Source: an uncultured Pelagibacteraceae bacterium
GTDB taxonomy: Bacteria > Pseudomonadota > Alphaproteobacteria > Pelagibacterales > Pelagibacteraceae
Direction: 5' to 3'
DNA length: 64,000 bases
Assembly (NCBI GenBank): GCA_902524865.1
Contig: CABZEV010000001.1
Coordinates: forward strand, 6,278 to 70,277
Below are positions 31,556 through 42,149 of this stretch, in pieces. The notes under the pieces are model-generated. The model was not told where the DNA came from and searched no databases. It saw only the letters and a list, made by a program, of their open reading frames with translations. The first letter of the stretch is position 1. Every line of letters begins with the position of its first letter. The position numbers and the translations under genes were made by a program.

Positions 31556-32293
31556 TCAAGCCATATACATGCCTCCATTAATATGAATTGTTTCACCATT
31601 AATGTAATTTGATTGACCAGAGGCTAAAAAAAGAACTGCATTAGCAATATCTGTAGGCTCTCCTAACCTAGCAGATGGTATTTTTGATATGATTAATTCT
31701 TTAAATTTTGGATCCAGCTTATCTGTCATTTCTGTTTTAATGAAACCTGGCGAAATACAATTAACATTAATATTTTTTTTGGCATACTCAATAGCTAAAC
31801 TTTTTGACATAGCAACTATACCCGCTTTTGATGCTGTATAGTTTGCTTGGCCTAGATTTCCAGTATGGCCAACAACAGATGTAATATTTATAATTTTTCC
31901 TGATTTGTTTTTAAGCATCTTTTTAATAGCAAATTTACTCAAGAGGAAAGTAGATGTTAAATTTATATCAATTACTTTTCTCCACTCATCTAAGCTCATA
32001 CGAATTGCTAAATTATCTTGAGTTAATCCCGCGTTATTAACAATACAATCTAGTTTGCCCCCGAGTTGTGTTGTGGCATTTTCGATAAATTCATCAATTT
32101 TTTCACTTTTAGAAATGTCAAAAGTTAAAATCTTAACATTCTTAATGTTTGACTTTAATTTCTCTAATTTTTCAGTTTTTGTTCCTGTGGCTAATATATT
32201 TGCTTCAAACTCACTCAATTTTTTTACTATCGAATTACCTATTCCACCTGATGCACCAGTTACAATGATATTCTTATTTCTTAAATTAATCAT
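31556..32293 (-). CDS. fabG: 3-oxoacyl-ACP reductase
   Basis: TGASGGIG, NNAG, YTASK, PGFIKTEM; fabD-fabG-acpP synteny. Confidence 0.96.
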   Translation of the reverse strand: MINLRNKNIIVTGASGGIGNSIVKKLSEFEANILATGTKTEKLEKLKSNIKNVKILTFDISKSEKIDEFIENATTQLGGKLDCIVNNAGLTQDNLAIRMSLDEWRKVIDINLTSTFLLSKFAIKKMLKNKSGKIINITSVVGHTGNLGQANYTASKAGIVAMSKSLAIEYAKKNINVNCISPGFIKTEMTDKLDPKFKELIISKIPSARLGEPTDIANAVLFLASGQSNYINGETIHINGGMYMA

Positions 32294-33216
32294 AACTTTA
32301 AAACTTTTATATCACTCTCAGAATTGATTGTATTAGTTTTTACGTTCTTATCTATCCTTTTTATTAAACCTGTTAGTACTTTTCCAGGTCCAATCTCAAT
32401 GAAATGATTTACTCCGTTATTAATCATATGATTTACACTTTCTCTCCATCTAACTCTATTTTCTATTTGGTCAATTAACAGAGTTTTAAGCTCTTCCTTA
32501 CTTGATATTTCTTTTGCTGTCACATTTGATATCAACTTATTTTTTGACTCTTGAAAATTTAATTTTTGAATTTCATTTCTCATAATTTCAGTAGCATTGC
32601 TCATAAGTTGACAATGAAAAGGAGCACTAACTGGTAATTTAATATTCTTTATATTTTTTAATTTTAAAACTTTAATTAATTTTTCTATGTCACTATTTCT
32701 TCCACTTAAAACAATCTGACCATCAGAATTATCATTTGCAATTTGTGCTATAAAATTATTCTTATTTTCATTTAAAAGATCTTCTATAATTTCGACTTTT
32801 GAACCTAAAACAGCCAACATACCTCCCTCTCCTTTTGGGACAGCATTCTGCATTGCATTGCCTCTAATTTTTAAAATTTTAATGGTATCTGGAAAACTCA
32901 GATATTTAGCAGCACATAAAGCTGAATATTCTCCTAGTGAATGACCAGCAAAATATTTTGCATTATCAAGATCCATATTGAATTCTCTTTTCATTACCTG
33001 AAAAATTGAGTAGCTTATAAGAAATATTGCTGGCTGAGTATTTATAGTAAGATCTAATTCATCTTTAGGTCCCTCTAAAATTATTTTAGATAGAGTAGCA
33101 CCTAATGAATCGTCAGCTTGCTTAAATAAATCTTTTACTAAATCATAACTTTCAAAAAAATCCTTTCCCATTCCAATTGTTTGGGAACCTTGTCCCGGGA
33201 ATACTAGTGAAAACAT
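32290..33216 (-). CDS. fabD: Malonyl-CoA:ACP transacylase
   Basis: FPGQGSQ, GHSLGEY, VSAPFH, EIGPGKVL. Confidence 0.97.
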   Translation of the reverse strand: MFSLVFPGQGSQTIGMGKDFFESYDLVKDLFKQADDSLGATLSKIILEGPKDELDLTINTQPAIFLISYSIFQVMKREFNMDLDNAKYFAGHSLGEYSALCAAKYLSFPDTIKILKIRGNAMQNAVPKGEGGMLAVLGSKVEIIEDLLNENKNNFIAQIANDNSDGQIVLSGRNSDIEKLIKVLKLKNIKNIKLPVSAPFHCQLMSNATEIMRNEIQKLNFQESKNKLISNVTAKEISSKEELKTLLIDQIENRVRWRESVNHMINNGVNHFIEIGPGKVLTGLIKRIDKNVKTNTINSESDIKVLKL

Positions 33217-33302
33217 CTAAAAGACCTATATTTTATATTGTTTTTGCTATTGTAATTAAAGATTTATAATAGTATATCCTCATTTTTTATTAAAGAAATT
33301 AA

Positions 33303-33656
33303 ATGAATTTATACGAGCATACTATAATTGCAAGACAGGACACTTCTCCAAGTGAAATAAAACAATTAACTGAAAAATATTCAAGCATTATTAAAAAAAA
33401 TGATGGAGAGATAGTTAAAACTGAAAATTGGGGTTTATTAAATTTATCATATTTAATAAAAAAAAATAAAAAAGGAAGTTACATTCATTTTAAATTTAAA
33501 GGTAAAGGAAAGTTAATTAATGAACTTGAAAAGAATGAGGCGATTGATAAAAAACTACTAAGATATCTAACTATAAGAGTAAAAAAATTTGATTTTGAAA
33601 CTAATTTTTTATCAAAAAAAGACGAGATTGAGAAAAAGGATAAATCTAATAACTAG
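33303..33656 (+). CDS. rpsF: 30S ribosomal protein S6
   Basis: YEHTII, ENWG...Y.IKK, LLRYL; rpsF-rpsR-rplI synteny. Confidence 0.95.
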   Translation: MNLYEHTIIARQDTSPSEIKQLTEKYSSIIKKNDGEIVKTENWGLLNLSYLIKKNKKGSYIHFKFKGKGKLINELEKNEAIDKKLLRYLTIRVKKFDFETNFLSKKDEIEKKDKSNN

Positions 33657-33658
33657 TT

Positions 33659-33931
33659 ATGCCAAAAAAACAAAATGGAAAGAAAAAAAGTAAACAAAGT
33701 AATTTTGCGAAGTTAAGCATTTTCCAACCAAATAAATATAAATTTAAAAAAAATTGCCCATTATCAGTTAAGGGTGCTCCAAAAATTGATTATAAAAACA
33801 TTAAATTATTAAAAAGATATATATCGGAAAATGGTAAAATTCTTCCATCAAGAATTACTAACGTTAGTCAAAAAAAACAGAGAGAATTATCCTTATCAAT
33901 AAAAAGAGCTAGAAACTTGGCTTTGTTGTAA
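33659..33931 (+). CDS. rpsR: 30S ribosomal protein S18
   Basis: [21 protein letters not shown]...QREL..SIKRAR. Confidence 0.97.
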   Translation: MPKKQNGKKKSKQSNFAKLSIFQPNKYKFKKNCPLSVKGAPKIDYKNIKLLKRYISENGKILPSRITNVSQKKQRELSLSIKRARNLALL

Positions 33932-34390
33932 ATGAAAGTAATACTACTAGAAAATATCAAAAAAATAGGATCTATAGGTGAAGTTATAGATGTGAAGAGA
34001 GGTTTTGCTAGAAACTTTTTAATTGCGAATAAAAAAGCGTTATATGCTTCAAAAGAAAATATTAATCAAGTTGAAAAAATAAAAACACAACTTTCCAAAA
34101 AAGATAATGAAAAAAAACTAGAGGCAAAAAAAATATTAGAAAAAATCAATAAAAAAGAATTCTTTGTAAAAAAACTTTCGACTGAAAATAAAGAGTTATA
34201 TGGTTCTGTCAAGCCTACAGAAATTTCCAAACTCATTAAAGAAAAAGAAGAATTAGACATAAAACCATCAATGATTCAACCAATTAAAGAAATCAAATCT
34301 ATTGGAAAATTTAAAGTAAAAGTATCTTTACATTCTGAGATTGATGCAGAGATACATATTGTAGTTGAGTCAGCTGAAACTATTCAGTAA
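33932..34390 (+). CDS. rplI: 50S ribosomal protein L9
   Basis: MKVILLE...G..GEV.DVKRGFARNFL, LYGSV. Confidence 0.97.
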   Translation: MKVILLENIKKIGSIGEVIDVKRGFARNFLIANKKALYASKENINQVEKIKTQLSKKDNEKKLEAKKILEKINKKEFFVKKLSTENKELYGSVKPTEISKLIKEKEELDIKPSMIQPIKEIKSIGKFKVKVSLHSEIDAEIHIVVESAETIQ

Positions 34391-34456
34391 TTATACATTT
34401 TTTTCCCCAATTAATTTTTAAAATTCATTTTGATTAAAATTAGAGTAAAGTGAAGT

Positions 34457-35875
34457 GTGGAAAATAATCTCACAATTGTTAAAGATAAATTTAAAGAATT
34501 ACCGAATAATATTGAGGCTGAACAGGCAGTAATTGGCTCAATACTTGTCTCGAATGAAATTTTTGATGAGATTAATCTAATTATAACAAGTAATAACTTT
34601 TATGATCCAATGCATGAAAAGATTTTTGGAGCAATAGAAAGTTTAATTTATAAAGGATTATTAGCAAACCCTATAACATTAAAAAATTATTTTGAAGATG
34701 AAAAAGATGAATTGAATGTCCCAGAATATTTAGTAAAAATTACAAAATTTTCAACTTCTTTGAGACAAGCGACTGAATATTCAAAAATTATCTATGATAT
34801 GTTTGTGCGAAGAGAACTTATAAAAATTTCTGAGCAAACTATTGATGATGCTAAGTTAGGTGAGCTTAATACAAATGGACAGCAAATAATTGAAAATTCG
34901 GAAAAAGAATTATTTAAATTAGCTGAGAAAGGATCTTTTAGCTCTTCCTTTATAAAATTTGATAAGGCACTAAAAGATACAATTGATATGGCTTCGGCTG
35001 CTTATAAAAATGATGAAGGGATTGTCGGAGTTCCAACTGGACTAAGAGATCTAGATGATAGATTAGGAGGTCTGCACAAATCTGACTTGATTATAATCGC
35101 AGGAAGACCTGGAATGGGAAAAACAGCGCTGGCTACTAACATAGCATTTAACGCGGCTCAAAAATTACAAGAAAGTGGTAAGAAATCATCTATTGCTTTT
35201 TTCTCATTAGAAATGTCATCTGAACAATTATCTACTAGAATTTTAGCAGAACAATCTAGAATAAAATCAAATGATATAAGAAGAGGTAAAATTTCTGATG
35301 AACAATTTGATAAATTTATAGAGACTTCAAAAAATATATCTGAACTTCCACTTTATATTGACGAAACACCAGCAATAACAATTGCAGCAATGAGTAACAG
35401 AGCAAGAAGAATCAAAAGAACTCATGGTCTTGATATGATCATCGTTGATTACATTCAGTTAATGAGGGGAACATTGAACTATAAAGATGGACGAGTTCAA
35501 GAAGTATCGGAAATTACTCAAGGTTTAAAGGCGATTGCTAAAGAATTGTCAATACCTGTAGTTGCTCTTTCACAGTTATCAAGACAAGTAGAGCAGAGGG
35601 ACAATAAAAAACCGCAATTATCTGATTTGAGAGAATCTGGCTCGATTGAGCAAGACGCAGATGTAGTCATGTTTGTATATAGAGAATCTTATTATTTAGA
35701 AAATAAAGAACCAAAACCAGCAACAATTGAGCATGCTGAGTGGCAAGCAAAGATGAATGAAGTATCTAATCTGGCAGAATTAATTATTGGTAAACAAAGA
35801 CATGGTCCAACTGGAAATGTATTTTTAGAGTTTGAGGCAATGTTTACTAAATTTAAAGATACTCAAATTAACTAA
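34457..35875 (+). CDS. dnaB: Replicative DNA helicase
   Basis: EAEQAVIG, AGRPGMGKT, FSLEM, DYIQLM, LSQLSR, DLRESGSIEQDAD, KQRHGP. No intein. Confidence 0.98.
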   Translation: MENNLTIVKDKFKELPNNIEAEQAVIGSILVSNEIFDEINLIITSNNFYDPMHEKIFGAIESLIYKGLLANPITLKNYFEDEKDELNVPEYLVKITKFSTSLRQATEYSKIIYDMFVRRELIKISEQTIDDAKLGELNTNGQQIIENSEKELFKLAEKGSFSSSFIKFDKALKDTIDMASAAYKNDEGIVGVPTGLRDLDDRLGGLHKSDLIIIAGRPGMGKTALATNIAFNAAQKLQESGKKSSIAFFSLEMSSEQLSTRILAEQSRIKSNDIRRGKISDEQFDKFIETSKNISELPLYIDETPAITIAAMSNRARRIKRTHGLDMIIVDYIQLMRGTLNYKDGRVQEVSEITQGLKAIAKELSIPVVALSQLSRQVEQRDNKKPQLSDLRESGSIEQDADVVMFVYRESYYLENKEPKPATIEHAEWQAKMNEVSNLAELIIGKQRHGPTGNVFLEFEAMFTKFKDTQIN

Positions 35876-35896
35876 ATTCCAATATAAAAGGGTAAG

Positions 35897-38284
35897 ATGA
35901 TTGCCCAATTTTATCAAAATATAATCCTAAAAAATCCAAAGACGATATTGATATTTTTACTCTTAGCCTTGTTTACTTTTGGTTATTATTCAAAAGATTT
36001 TAAATTAGACGCCTCGTCAGAGACATTGCTAATTGAGGGAGACCCAGATCTTAAATATCTAGAAGAAATAACGAAAAGATACGGATCAAAAGAATTTTTA
36101 ATATTAACTTTCACACCTAAAGAGGGAATGATTTCAGATACATCTATAAATAACCTTCTTAGTTTAAAATATAAAATTCAAAGTTTAAAATGGGTTCATA
36201 GTGTAATTACTCTTTTAGATATCCCTCTATTAAATAATTCAGATGCGCCTTTGCAAGAAAGGCTTGAAAATTTTAAAACTTTAAAGGATGAGGATATAGA
36301 TAGAGAAAGAGGTTTTAATGAAATTTTAAGTAGCCCAGTATTTAGGAATTTTGTAATTAGCGAGGATGGAAAAACTTCTGGAATTATAGTTAATATAAAG
36401 AGCAAAGAGCCAATAGAAACCATCTCTAACAAAACAAAAAAGGAAATTGAAATATATAAAGATTTAATAAAAAAACAAAATCACGAAAATATTCTTGAAA
36501 TCAGAGATGTTATAAAAAGTTATGATGATGTTGGAAAAATAAATTTAGGTGGAATACCTATGATTGCTGACGATATGATGACATTTATAAAAAGCGATAT
36601 AGTGGTATTTGGATTAGGAGTTTTATTATTTATTATAGCAACATTATGGTTTGTGTTTAGAAAGCTAATTTGGATTATCGTTCCAATTAGTAGTTGCTTT
36701 TTTTCAGTAATAATTATGACGGGTTTGCTCGGGTTGTTAGGGTGGAAAGTTACAGTTATTTCGTCAAACTTCATTGCATTAATGTTGATTCTAACAATGG
36801 CAATGAATATTCATATGTGTACGAGATTTTTACAAATTAAAGAAATTCATCCTAACAAGAAAGTTATTGAGCTACTTACTTTAACAACTAATAAAATGTT
36901 TTGGCCAATATTATATACTGCCTTAACAACTATAATTGCTTTTTTGTCTTTAATCTTTAGTGAGATAAAACCAATTATTGATTTTGGATGGATGATGACC
37001 CTGGGTTTAATTACCTCGTTTATCATCACATTTACACTACTTCCATCTCTAATAAATTTTATGCCAAAGGATAAGATTTTTTTAAAAAAACAAGAAGACT
37101 CTAAAATTACCTCTTTTTTTGCACAAATTTCTGTAAATAATCACAAAACAATTTTTACTTTAACTTTTGTAGTAACCATTCTTAGTTTAATTGGAATAAG
37201 CAGGCTAGAGGTTGAGAATAGTTTCATAAATTATTTTAGTAAAAAAACTGAAATTTATAAAGGGATGAAACTTATAGATGAAAAATTAGGTGGAACAACT
37301 CCACTTGAAATAATTTTAAAATTTCCAAAAAAAAAAATTAAGAAAGCTGATGAGGAAGATGATTTTGAAGATTGGGGTGACGAGGAAAATGAGAATGATG
37401 ACAAATATTGGTTTACAAAGGATAAAATTGATAAAATTTCTTCTGTTCATAACTATCTGGATGATTTGCCACAAGTTGGAAAGGTTTTGTCTTTTTCATC
37501 AATAATAGATGTAGCAACAATGCTTAATAACAATAAGCCTCTGGGAACATTAGAAATGGGTGTGCTTTATTCTAAAATCCCTGAGAGCATTAAGACTGAA
37601 ATAATTGATCCGTATATCTCAATAAAAGATAACGAGGCAAGGATTAATCTAAGAATTATTGATTCCCAAGAAAATTTAAGGAGGAACGATCTAATTAAAA
37701 AAATTAATTATGATTTAAAAAATGAATTAGGTTTAAAAGAAAGTGAGTTCAAACTTGGTGGTGTTTTAATTTTATTTAATAATTTACTCCAGAGTCTTTT
37801 TAAATCTCAAATACTAACTTTAGGTTTGGTGATGATAGGGATATTTGGAATGTTTTTAATTCTTTTTAGAAATATCAAACTTTCTTTGATTGGTGTAGTA
37901 CCAAATTTTATAGCAGCTTTTTTTATATTGGGGGTGATAGGTTTACTTAATATTCCACTGGATATGATGACAATTACAATAGCCGCAATCACAATTGGAA
38001 TAGCTGTTGATAATAGTATTCATTATATTTATAGATTTAAGGAAGAATTTAATAACTCAAAAAATTATAACAAAACTCTTATTTTGTGTCACTCAACAGT
38101 TGGTAGGGCAATTTTGAATACCTCAACAACAATTGTTTTTGGATTTTCGATATTAGTTTTGTCAAAATTTATACCCACAATCTATTTTGGTGTTTTTACC
38201 GGACTGGCGATGTTATTGGCTATGGTCTCAGTTTTAACGTTGCTACCTTCTTTGATATTATTGATTAAACCTTTTGATAAATAA
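35897..38284 (+). CDS. MMPL/RND-superfamily exporter
   Basis: Two repeats of TM, large periplasmic loop, then 5 TM; GIAVDNSIHY motif; GGTTPLEII. Confidence 0.88.
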   Translation: MIAQFYQNIILKNPKTILIFLLLALFTFGYYSKDFKLDASSETLLIEGDPDLKYLEEITKRYGSKEFLILTFTPKEGMISDTSINNLLSLKYKIQSLKWVHSVITLLDIPLLNNSDAPLQERLENFKTLKDEDIDRERGFNEILSSPVFRNFVISEDGKTSGIIVNIKSKEPIETISNKTKKEIEIYKDLIKKQNHENILEIRDVIKSYDDVGKINLGGIPMIADDMMTFIKSDIVVFGLGVLLFIIATLWFVFRKLIWIIVPISSCFFSVIIMTGLLGLLGWKVTVISSNFIALMLILTMAMNIHMCTRFLQIKEIHPNKKVIELLTLTTNKMFWPILYTALTTIIAFLSLIFSEIKPIIDFGWMMTLGLITSFIITFTLLPSLINFMPKDKIFLKKQEDSKITSFFAQISVNNHKTIFTLTFVVTILSLIGISRLEVENSFINYFSKKTEIYKGMKLIDEKLGGTTPLEIILKFPKKKIKKADEEDDFEDWGDEENENDDKYWFTKDKIDKISSVHNYLDDLPQVGKVLSFSSIIDVATMLNNNKPLGTLEMGVLYSKIPESIKTEIIDPYISIKDNEARINLRIIDSQENLRRNDLIKKINYDLKNELGLKESEFKLGGVLILFNNLLQSLFKSQILTLGLVMIGIFGMFLILFRNIKLSLIGVVPNFIAAFFILGVIGLLNIPLDMMTITIAAITIGIAVDNSIHYIYRFKEEFNNSKNYNKTLILCHSTVGRAILNTSTTIVFGFSILVLSKFIPTIYFGVFTGLAMLLAMVSVLTLLPSLILLIKPFDK

Positions 38285-38288
38285 TCAG

Positions 38289-38834
38289 ATGCAAGATTTC
38301 TTTGTAGATTTTTATAAAACTACAAACGTTATAGACATTATATATTTAGTAATCACAATTTTTACATTAATTAGATGTTACAAAAAAGGTTTTGTTTTAA
38401 GTATTCTATCAATGGCTAAATGGTTTCTAGCTTACATAATTACACTGATAATTTTCCCTAGGGCAAAACCATATTTAAAAGGTATGATTGATAATGAATA
38501 CATCCTAGATATATTTTTAGGTATTACAATATTTGTTATTGTTATATTTATAATTTTAATGATTAATAGAGGTATTCGAAAAGCTGTTCGTTTCACTGGT
38601 CTTGGAAGTTTAGATACAATGTTTGGATTCTTTTTTGGATTTATCAAAGCTTATATCATCTCTGTATGTATCTTCTCAGGTGTACACATTGTATATAATC
38701 ACGATAAATGGCCAATTAATTTAAGTAAATCATTAATCTTTCCATATTTAGAAAAAGGTAGTAATTATTTATTAGAAAAATTTCCTGATGAAAAAACATA
38801 TCAAAAATCTAAGGAGAAAATTAAAAATATTTGA
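38289..38834 (+). CDS. cvpA: Colicin V production protein (CvpA family)
   Basis: DII...KKGFV.SIL, LDTMFGFFFGFIKA; immediately upstream of purF. Confidence 0.88.
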   Translation: MQDFFVDFYKTTNVIDIIYLVITIFTLIRCYKKGFVLSILSMAKWFLAYIITLIIFPRAKPYLKGMIDNEYILDIFLGITIFVIVIFIILMINRGIRKAVRFTGLGSLDTMFGFFFGFIKAYIISVCIFSGVHIVYNHDKWPINLSKSLIFPYLEKGSNYLLEKFPDEKTYQKSKEKIKNI

Positions 38835-40269
38835 TACTAAGCTCAAAGAAGAGTGTGGTATATTTGGAATAAGCAATACTGAGGATGCTTCAGCACTAAC
38901 TGCCTTAGGGCTTCATGCCCTTCAACACAGAGGTCAGGAAGGATGTGGAATCGTTACCTTTGATGGTAAACAATATTTTTCTGAAAAAAGATTTGGTTTA
39001 GTAGGCGATAATTTTAATAAAGAGAAAATTTTAAAAAAACTTCAAGGAGATTATGCTATTGGACATAACAGATATAGTACAACTGGTGAAAACACTTTGA
39101 GGAATATTCAGCCTTTCTTTGCTGATACTAACGCTGGTGGTATTGGAGTAGCTCACAATGGAAATTTAACTAATTCTATTTCTTTGAGAAAAAAATTGGT
39201 TGATGAAGGTGCAATTTTTTACACAACATCAGACACAGAAACAATAGTTCAATTAATTGCTAAGTCAAAACGAGCTAAAACTATCGATAAAATTGTTGAT
39301 GCAATTTTTCAAATACAAGGTGGATATGCTTTAGTAATGTTAACTCAAACTTCATTAGTAGGTGTCAGAGATCCTTTTGGTATCAGGCCTTTAGTAATTG
39401 GAAAATTAAAGAATAGTTACGTGCTAGCATCTGAAACATGCGCTTTAGATATAATTGGTGCAAAATTTATTCGAGAAGTTGAAAATGGTGAGATAGTCCT
39501 AATTGAAAATAACGAATTAAGAAGTATTAAACCATTTCCACCAAGAAAAGTAAGGCCTTGTGTTTTTGAATATATTTATTTTGCAAGACCAGACAGCATG
39601 CTTGACGGAAAAACTGCATATGAACATAGAAAGAATCTTGGTTCTGAACTTGCAAAAGAGAATGATATAAATGCTGATATTGTTGTGCCAGTACCAGACT
39701 CTGGAAATGCAGCCGCTCTAGGTTTTGCACAATCCCTGAACGTAGAATTTGAACTAGGCTTAGTCAGAAATCATTATGTAGGAAGAACTTTCATTGAACC
39801 AAGTCAAAAGATCCGAAGTTTGGGTGTTAAATTAAAATTAAATGCTAATCAATCAACTATTCAAAACAAAAAAATAATTTTGGTAGATGACTCGCTAGTA
39901 AGGGGAACAACTTCTCATAAAATAGTAAAAATGCTATATGATGCTGGTGCAAAAGAGGTTCATGTTAGAATAGCCTGTCCAGAAATTAAATTTCCTGATT
40001 TTTATGGAGTTGATACTCCAACTAAAAAAGAATTACTTGCTGCTAATAAAAGTAACTCGGAAATCTGTAAATACATAGGTGCAAAATCTTTAAAATTTTT
40101 GTCAGTAAATGGAATGTATCGCGCAATTGGTTTTGATGGAAGAAATGAAAATTATCCTCAATTAACTGATCATTATTTTACAGGAGAGTACCCTGTAAAA
40201 CCTATCGATGAACTTGGTGATAATAAAATCACTCAATTGTCATTGTTAAATACTGCATCTAATAATTAA
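38788..40269 (+). CDS. purF: Amidophosphoribosyltransferase
   Basis: Propeptide-EECGIFG, LQHRGQE, GHNRYSTTG, HNGNL, VDDSLVRGTT. Start uncertain (47-nt overlap with cvpA). Confidence 0.97.
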   Translation: MKKHIKNLRRKLKIFDTKLKEECGIFGISNTEDASALTALGLHALQHRGQEGCGIVTFDGKQYFSEKRFGLVGDNFNKEKILKKLQGDYAIGHNRYSTTGENTLRNIQPFFADTNAGGIGVAHNGNLTNSISLRKKLVDEGAIFYTTSDTETIVQLIAKSKRAKTIDKIVDAIFQIQGGYALVMLTQTSLVGVRDPFGIRPLVIGKLKNSYVLASETCALDIIGAKFIREVENGEIVLIENNELRSIKPFPPRKVRPCVFEYIYFARPDSMLDGKTAYEHRKNLGSELAKENDINADIVVPVPDSGNAAALGFAQSLNVEFELGLVRNHYVGRTFIEPSQKIRSLGVKLKLNANQSTIQNKKIILVDDSLVRGTTSHKIVKMLYDAGAKEVHVRIACPEIKFPDFYGVDTPTKKELLAANKSNSEICKYIGAKSLKFLSVNGMYRAIGFDGRNENYPQLTDHYFTGEYPVKPIDELGDNKITQLSLLNTASNN

Positions 40270-40836
40270 ATGAAAAAAGTAAGTTTTACTGAAATGAAAA
40301 ATGGTACTAAAAAAGATTATCTTTTTTTAGATAAGCATGAAAAAGATTTTGCCAGTAAAACTGCTGATAGAATATTAAAATTTATGTCTGGATTAAATGA
40401 AACTTTAGAGGGTTATCAGGTATCAAGACTTGAGCACTCACTTCAAAGTGCTACTAGAGCTCATAAAAATGGTGAAAGCGATGAGATGGTTGTAGCTTGT
40501 CTGTTACATGACATCGGTGATGAATTAGCACCAATGAATCATTCCGAGTATGCCGCTTCAATTTTAAAGCCTTACGTATCAGAAAAAACTCATTGGATAG
40601 TTGAAAAGCATGGCGAATTTCAAATGTATTATTACGCGCATTATTTAGGTGGTGATAAGAATAGAAGAGATAAATACAAAGATCATAAATATTATCAAGA
40701 TACAATAGATTTTTGCGAAAAATATGATCAAAATTCTTTTGATCCTAACTATGAGTCTTTACCATTGGAATTTTTCAAACCAATTGTAAAGAAAATTTTT
40801 TCTAGAAAACCATATTCCTCTCTAACAAAAAATTAA
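40270..40836 (+). CDS. HD-domain protein, PhnZ/MIOX-like diiron subtype
   Basis: H56 (LEHSLQ), H80-D81 (LLHDIG), H91, H114, D153: the H..HD..H..H..D dimetal pattern. Confidence 0.8.
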   Translation: MKKVSFTEMKNGTKKDYLFLDKHEKDFASKTADRILKFMSGLNETLEGYQVSRLEHSLQSATRAHKNGESDEMVVACLLHDIGDELAPMNHSEYAASILKPYVSEKTHWIVEKHGEFQMYYYAHYLGGDKNRRDKYKDHKYYQDTIDFCEKYDQNSFDPNYESLPLEFFKPIVKKIFSRKPYSSLTKN

Positions 40837-40853
40837 AAACAAAACTAAAACTA

Positions 40854-42149
40854 ATGATTACAAAAAAAGAGCAAATAATTGAATATTTCAAGTCTGGGAT
40901 TAAAAATAAAAAAGAATTTAAAATTGGTATCGAACATGAGAAATTTCTATTTGATGGTCAAAATAATAAGAGAATTGATTATCAAAAAACAAAGAAGATG
41001 TTCTCAGCTCTACTTGAATTTGGATGGAATCCTGTATTAGAAAACAACAATATTATAGGTTTAAATAAGGGTGGTAAAAATATTACTCTTGAACCAGGTA
41101 ATCAAATTGAATTATCTGGTGATAAACTTACTAATATTCATGAAGCATGTGCAGAATCTTATGATTACTTATTTGAGTTAAAACAGGTCACAAAAAAACT
41201 TAACATTAAAATTGTAAGTGCAGGTTTTGATCCAATATCAAAATTAGATGAGATCCCAAATAACCCTAAGAAAAGATACGAACGAATGACAAGAGATATG
41301 CCTTTAGGGGGAGAATTAAGTCTTGATATGATGTATCGAACCTGTGGAACGCAATTAAATTTAGATTACTGTTCAGAAGAAAATTTTATGAAAAAATTTA
41401 AGATAGTTAATTCTCTGGTACCTATTTCAATTGCTTTATTCGCTAATTCATCAATAGTTGAGAAGAAAAAAAGTAATTATTTATCTTACCGATCAAAAGT
41501 ATGGCAAAATACTTCACGAGGTGGTTTGCCTAAATTGTTCCTAGAAGACTTTGATTTTGAAAAATATGCAGATTTTGTGATTAATTTTCCAATTCTGTTT
41601 ATACAACAAAAAAAAAATTATTTTTCAGGTCTAAGATACAATTTTAATGATTTCATGTTGGGAAATATTAAAGAAATAAATAATCGCCTGCCTGATGAGA
41701 ATGATTTATCAACTCATTTAAGCACAATTTTTACGGAGAATAGACTTAAAAAATATATTGAATTAAGATCTATGGACACTTGTGGTTGGGATTGTCTATG
41801 TGCGGGTCCAGCATTTAATGTTGGAATGTTATATGGAAATTTAGATGAAGTTTATGAATTAGTTTCTAGTTGGGATAAAAATAAAATTATAAATGCATAT
41901 TTAGAAGCACCACAAAAAGGTTTTAATACCCAGCTTATGGGTAAAGATCTGGTTTATTGGTCTAAAGTATTATTAGATTTATCTAAAAAGGGATTAGAAA
42001 AGAGAGATATGGTCAATAAAAGTGGAAAAAATGAGACCATATTTTTGAATCATCTACAAAAAGTGATTGATAATAAAACTACAAATGCACATCATATGAT
42101 TATTAAATTTTCTAAAGATGAAGATTTAACTGAATTATATGACAAATAA
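40854..42149 (+). CDS. gshA: Glutamate-cysteine ligase (plant/alphaproteobacterial type)
   Basis: IGIEHEKF, ITLEPG.QIELSG, PKKRY..M, MMYRTCGTQLNLD, ALFANS, HLSTIF.E.RLK.YIELR. Confidence 0.93.
   Translation: MITKKEQIIEYFKSGIKNKKEFKIGIEHEKFLFDGQNNKRIDYQKTKKMFSALLEFGWNPVLENNNIIGLNKGGKNITLEPGNQIELSGDKLTNIHEACAESYDYLFELKQVTKKLNIKIVSAGFDPISKLDEIPNNPKKRYERMTRDMPLGGELSLDMMYRTCGTQLNLDYCSEENFMKKFKIVNSLVPISIALFANSSIVEKKKSNYLSYRSKVWQNTSRGGLPKLFLEDFDFEKYADFVINFPILFIQQKKNYFSGLRYNFNDFMLGNIKEINNRLPDENDLSTHLSTIFTENRLKKYIELRSMDTCGWDCLCAGPAFNVGMLYGNLDEVYELVSSWDKNKIINAYLEAPQKGFNTQLMGKDLVYWSKVLLDLSKKGLEKRDMVNKSGKNETIFLNHLQKVIDNKTTNAHHMIIKFSKDEDLTELYDK

Noticed and set aside
40270-40836. phnZ phosphonate catabolism, or an HD-domain defence/CRISPR nuclease
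   Set aside because: It lacks the HDIGH motif and any phn, cas or helicase neighbours.
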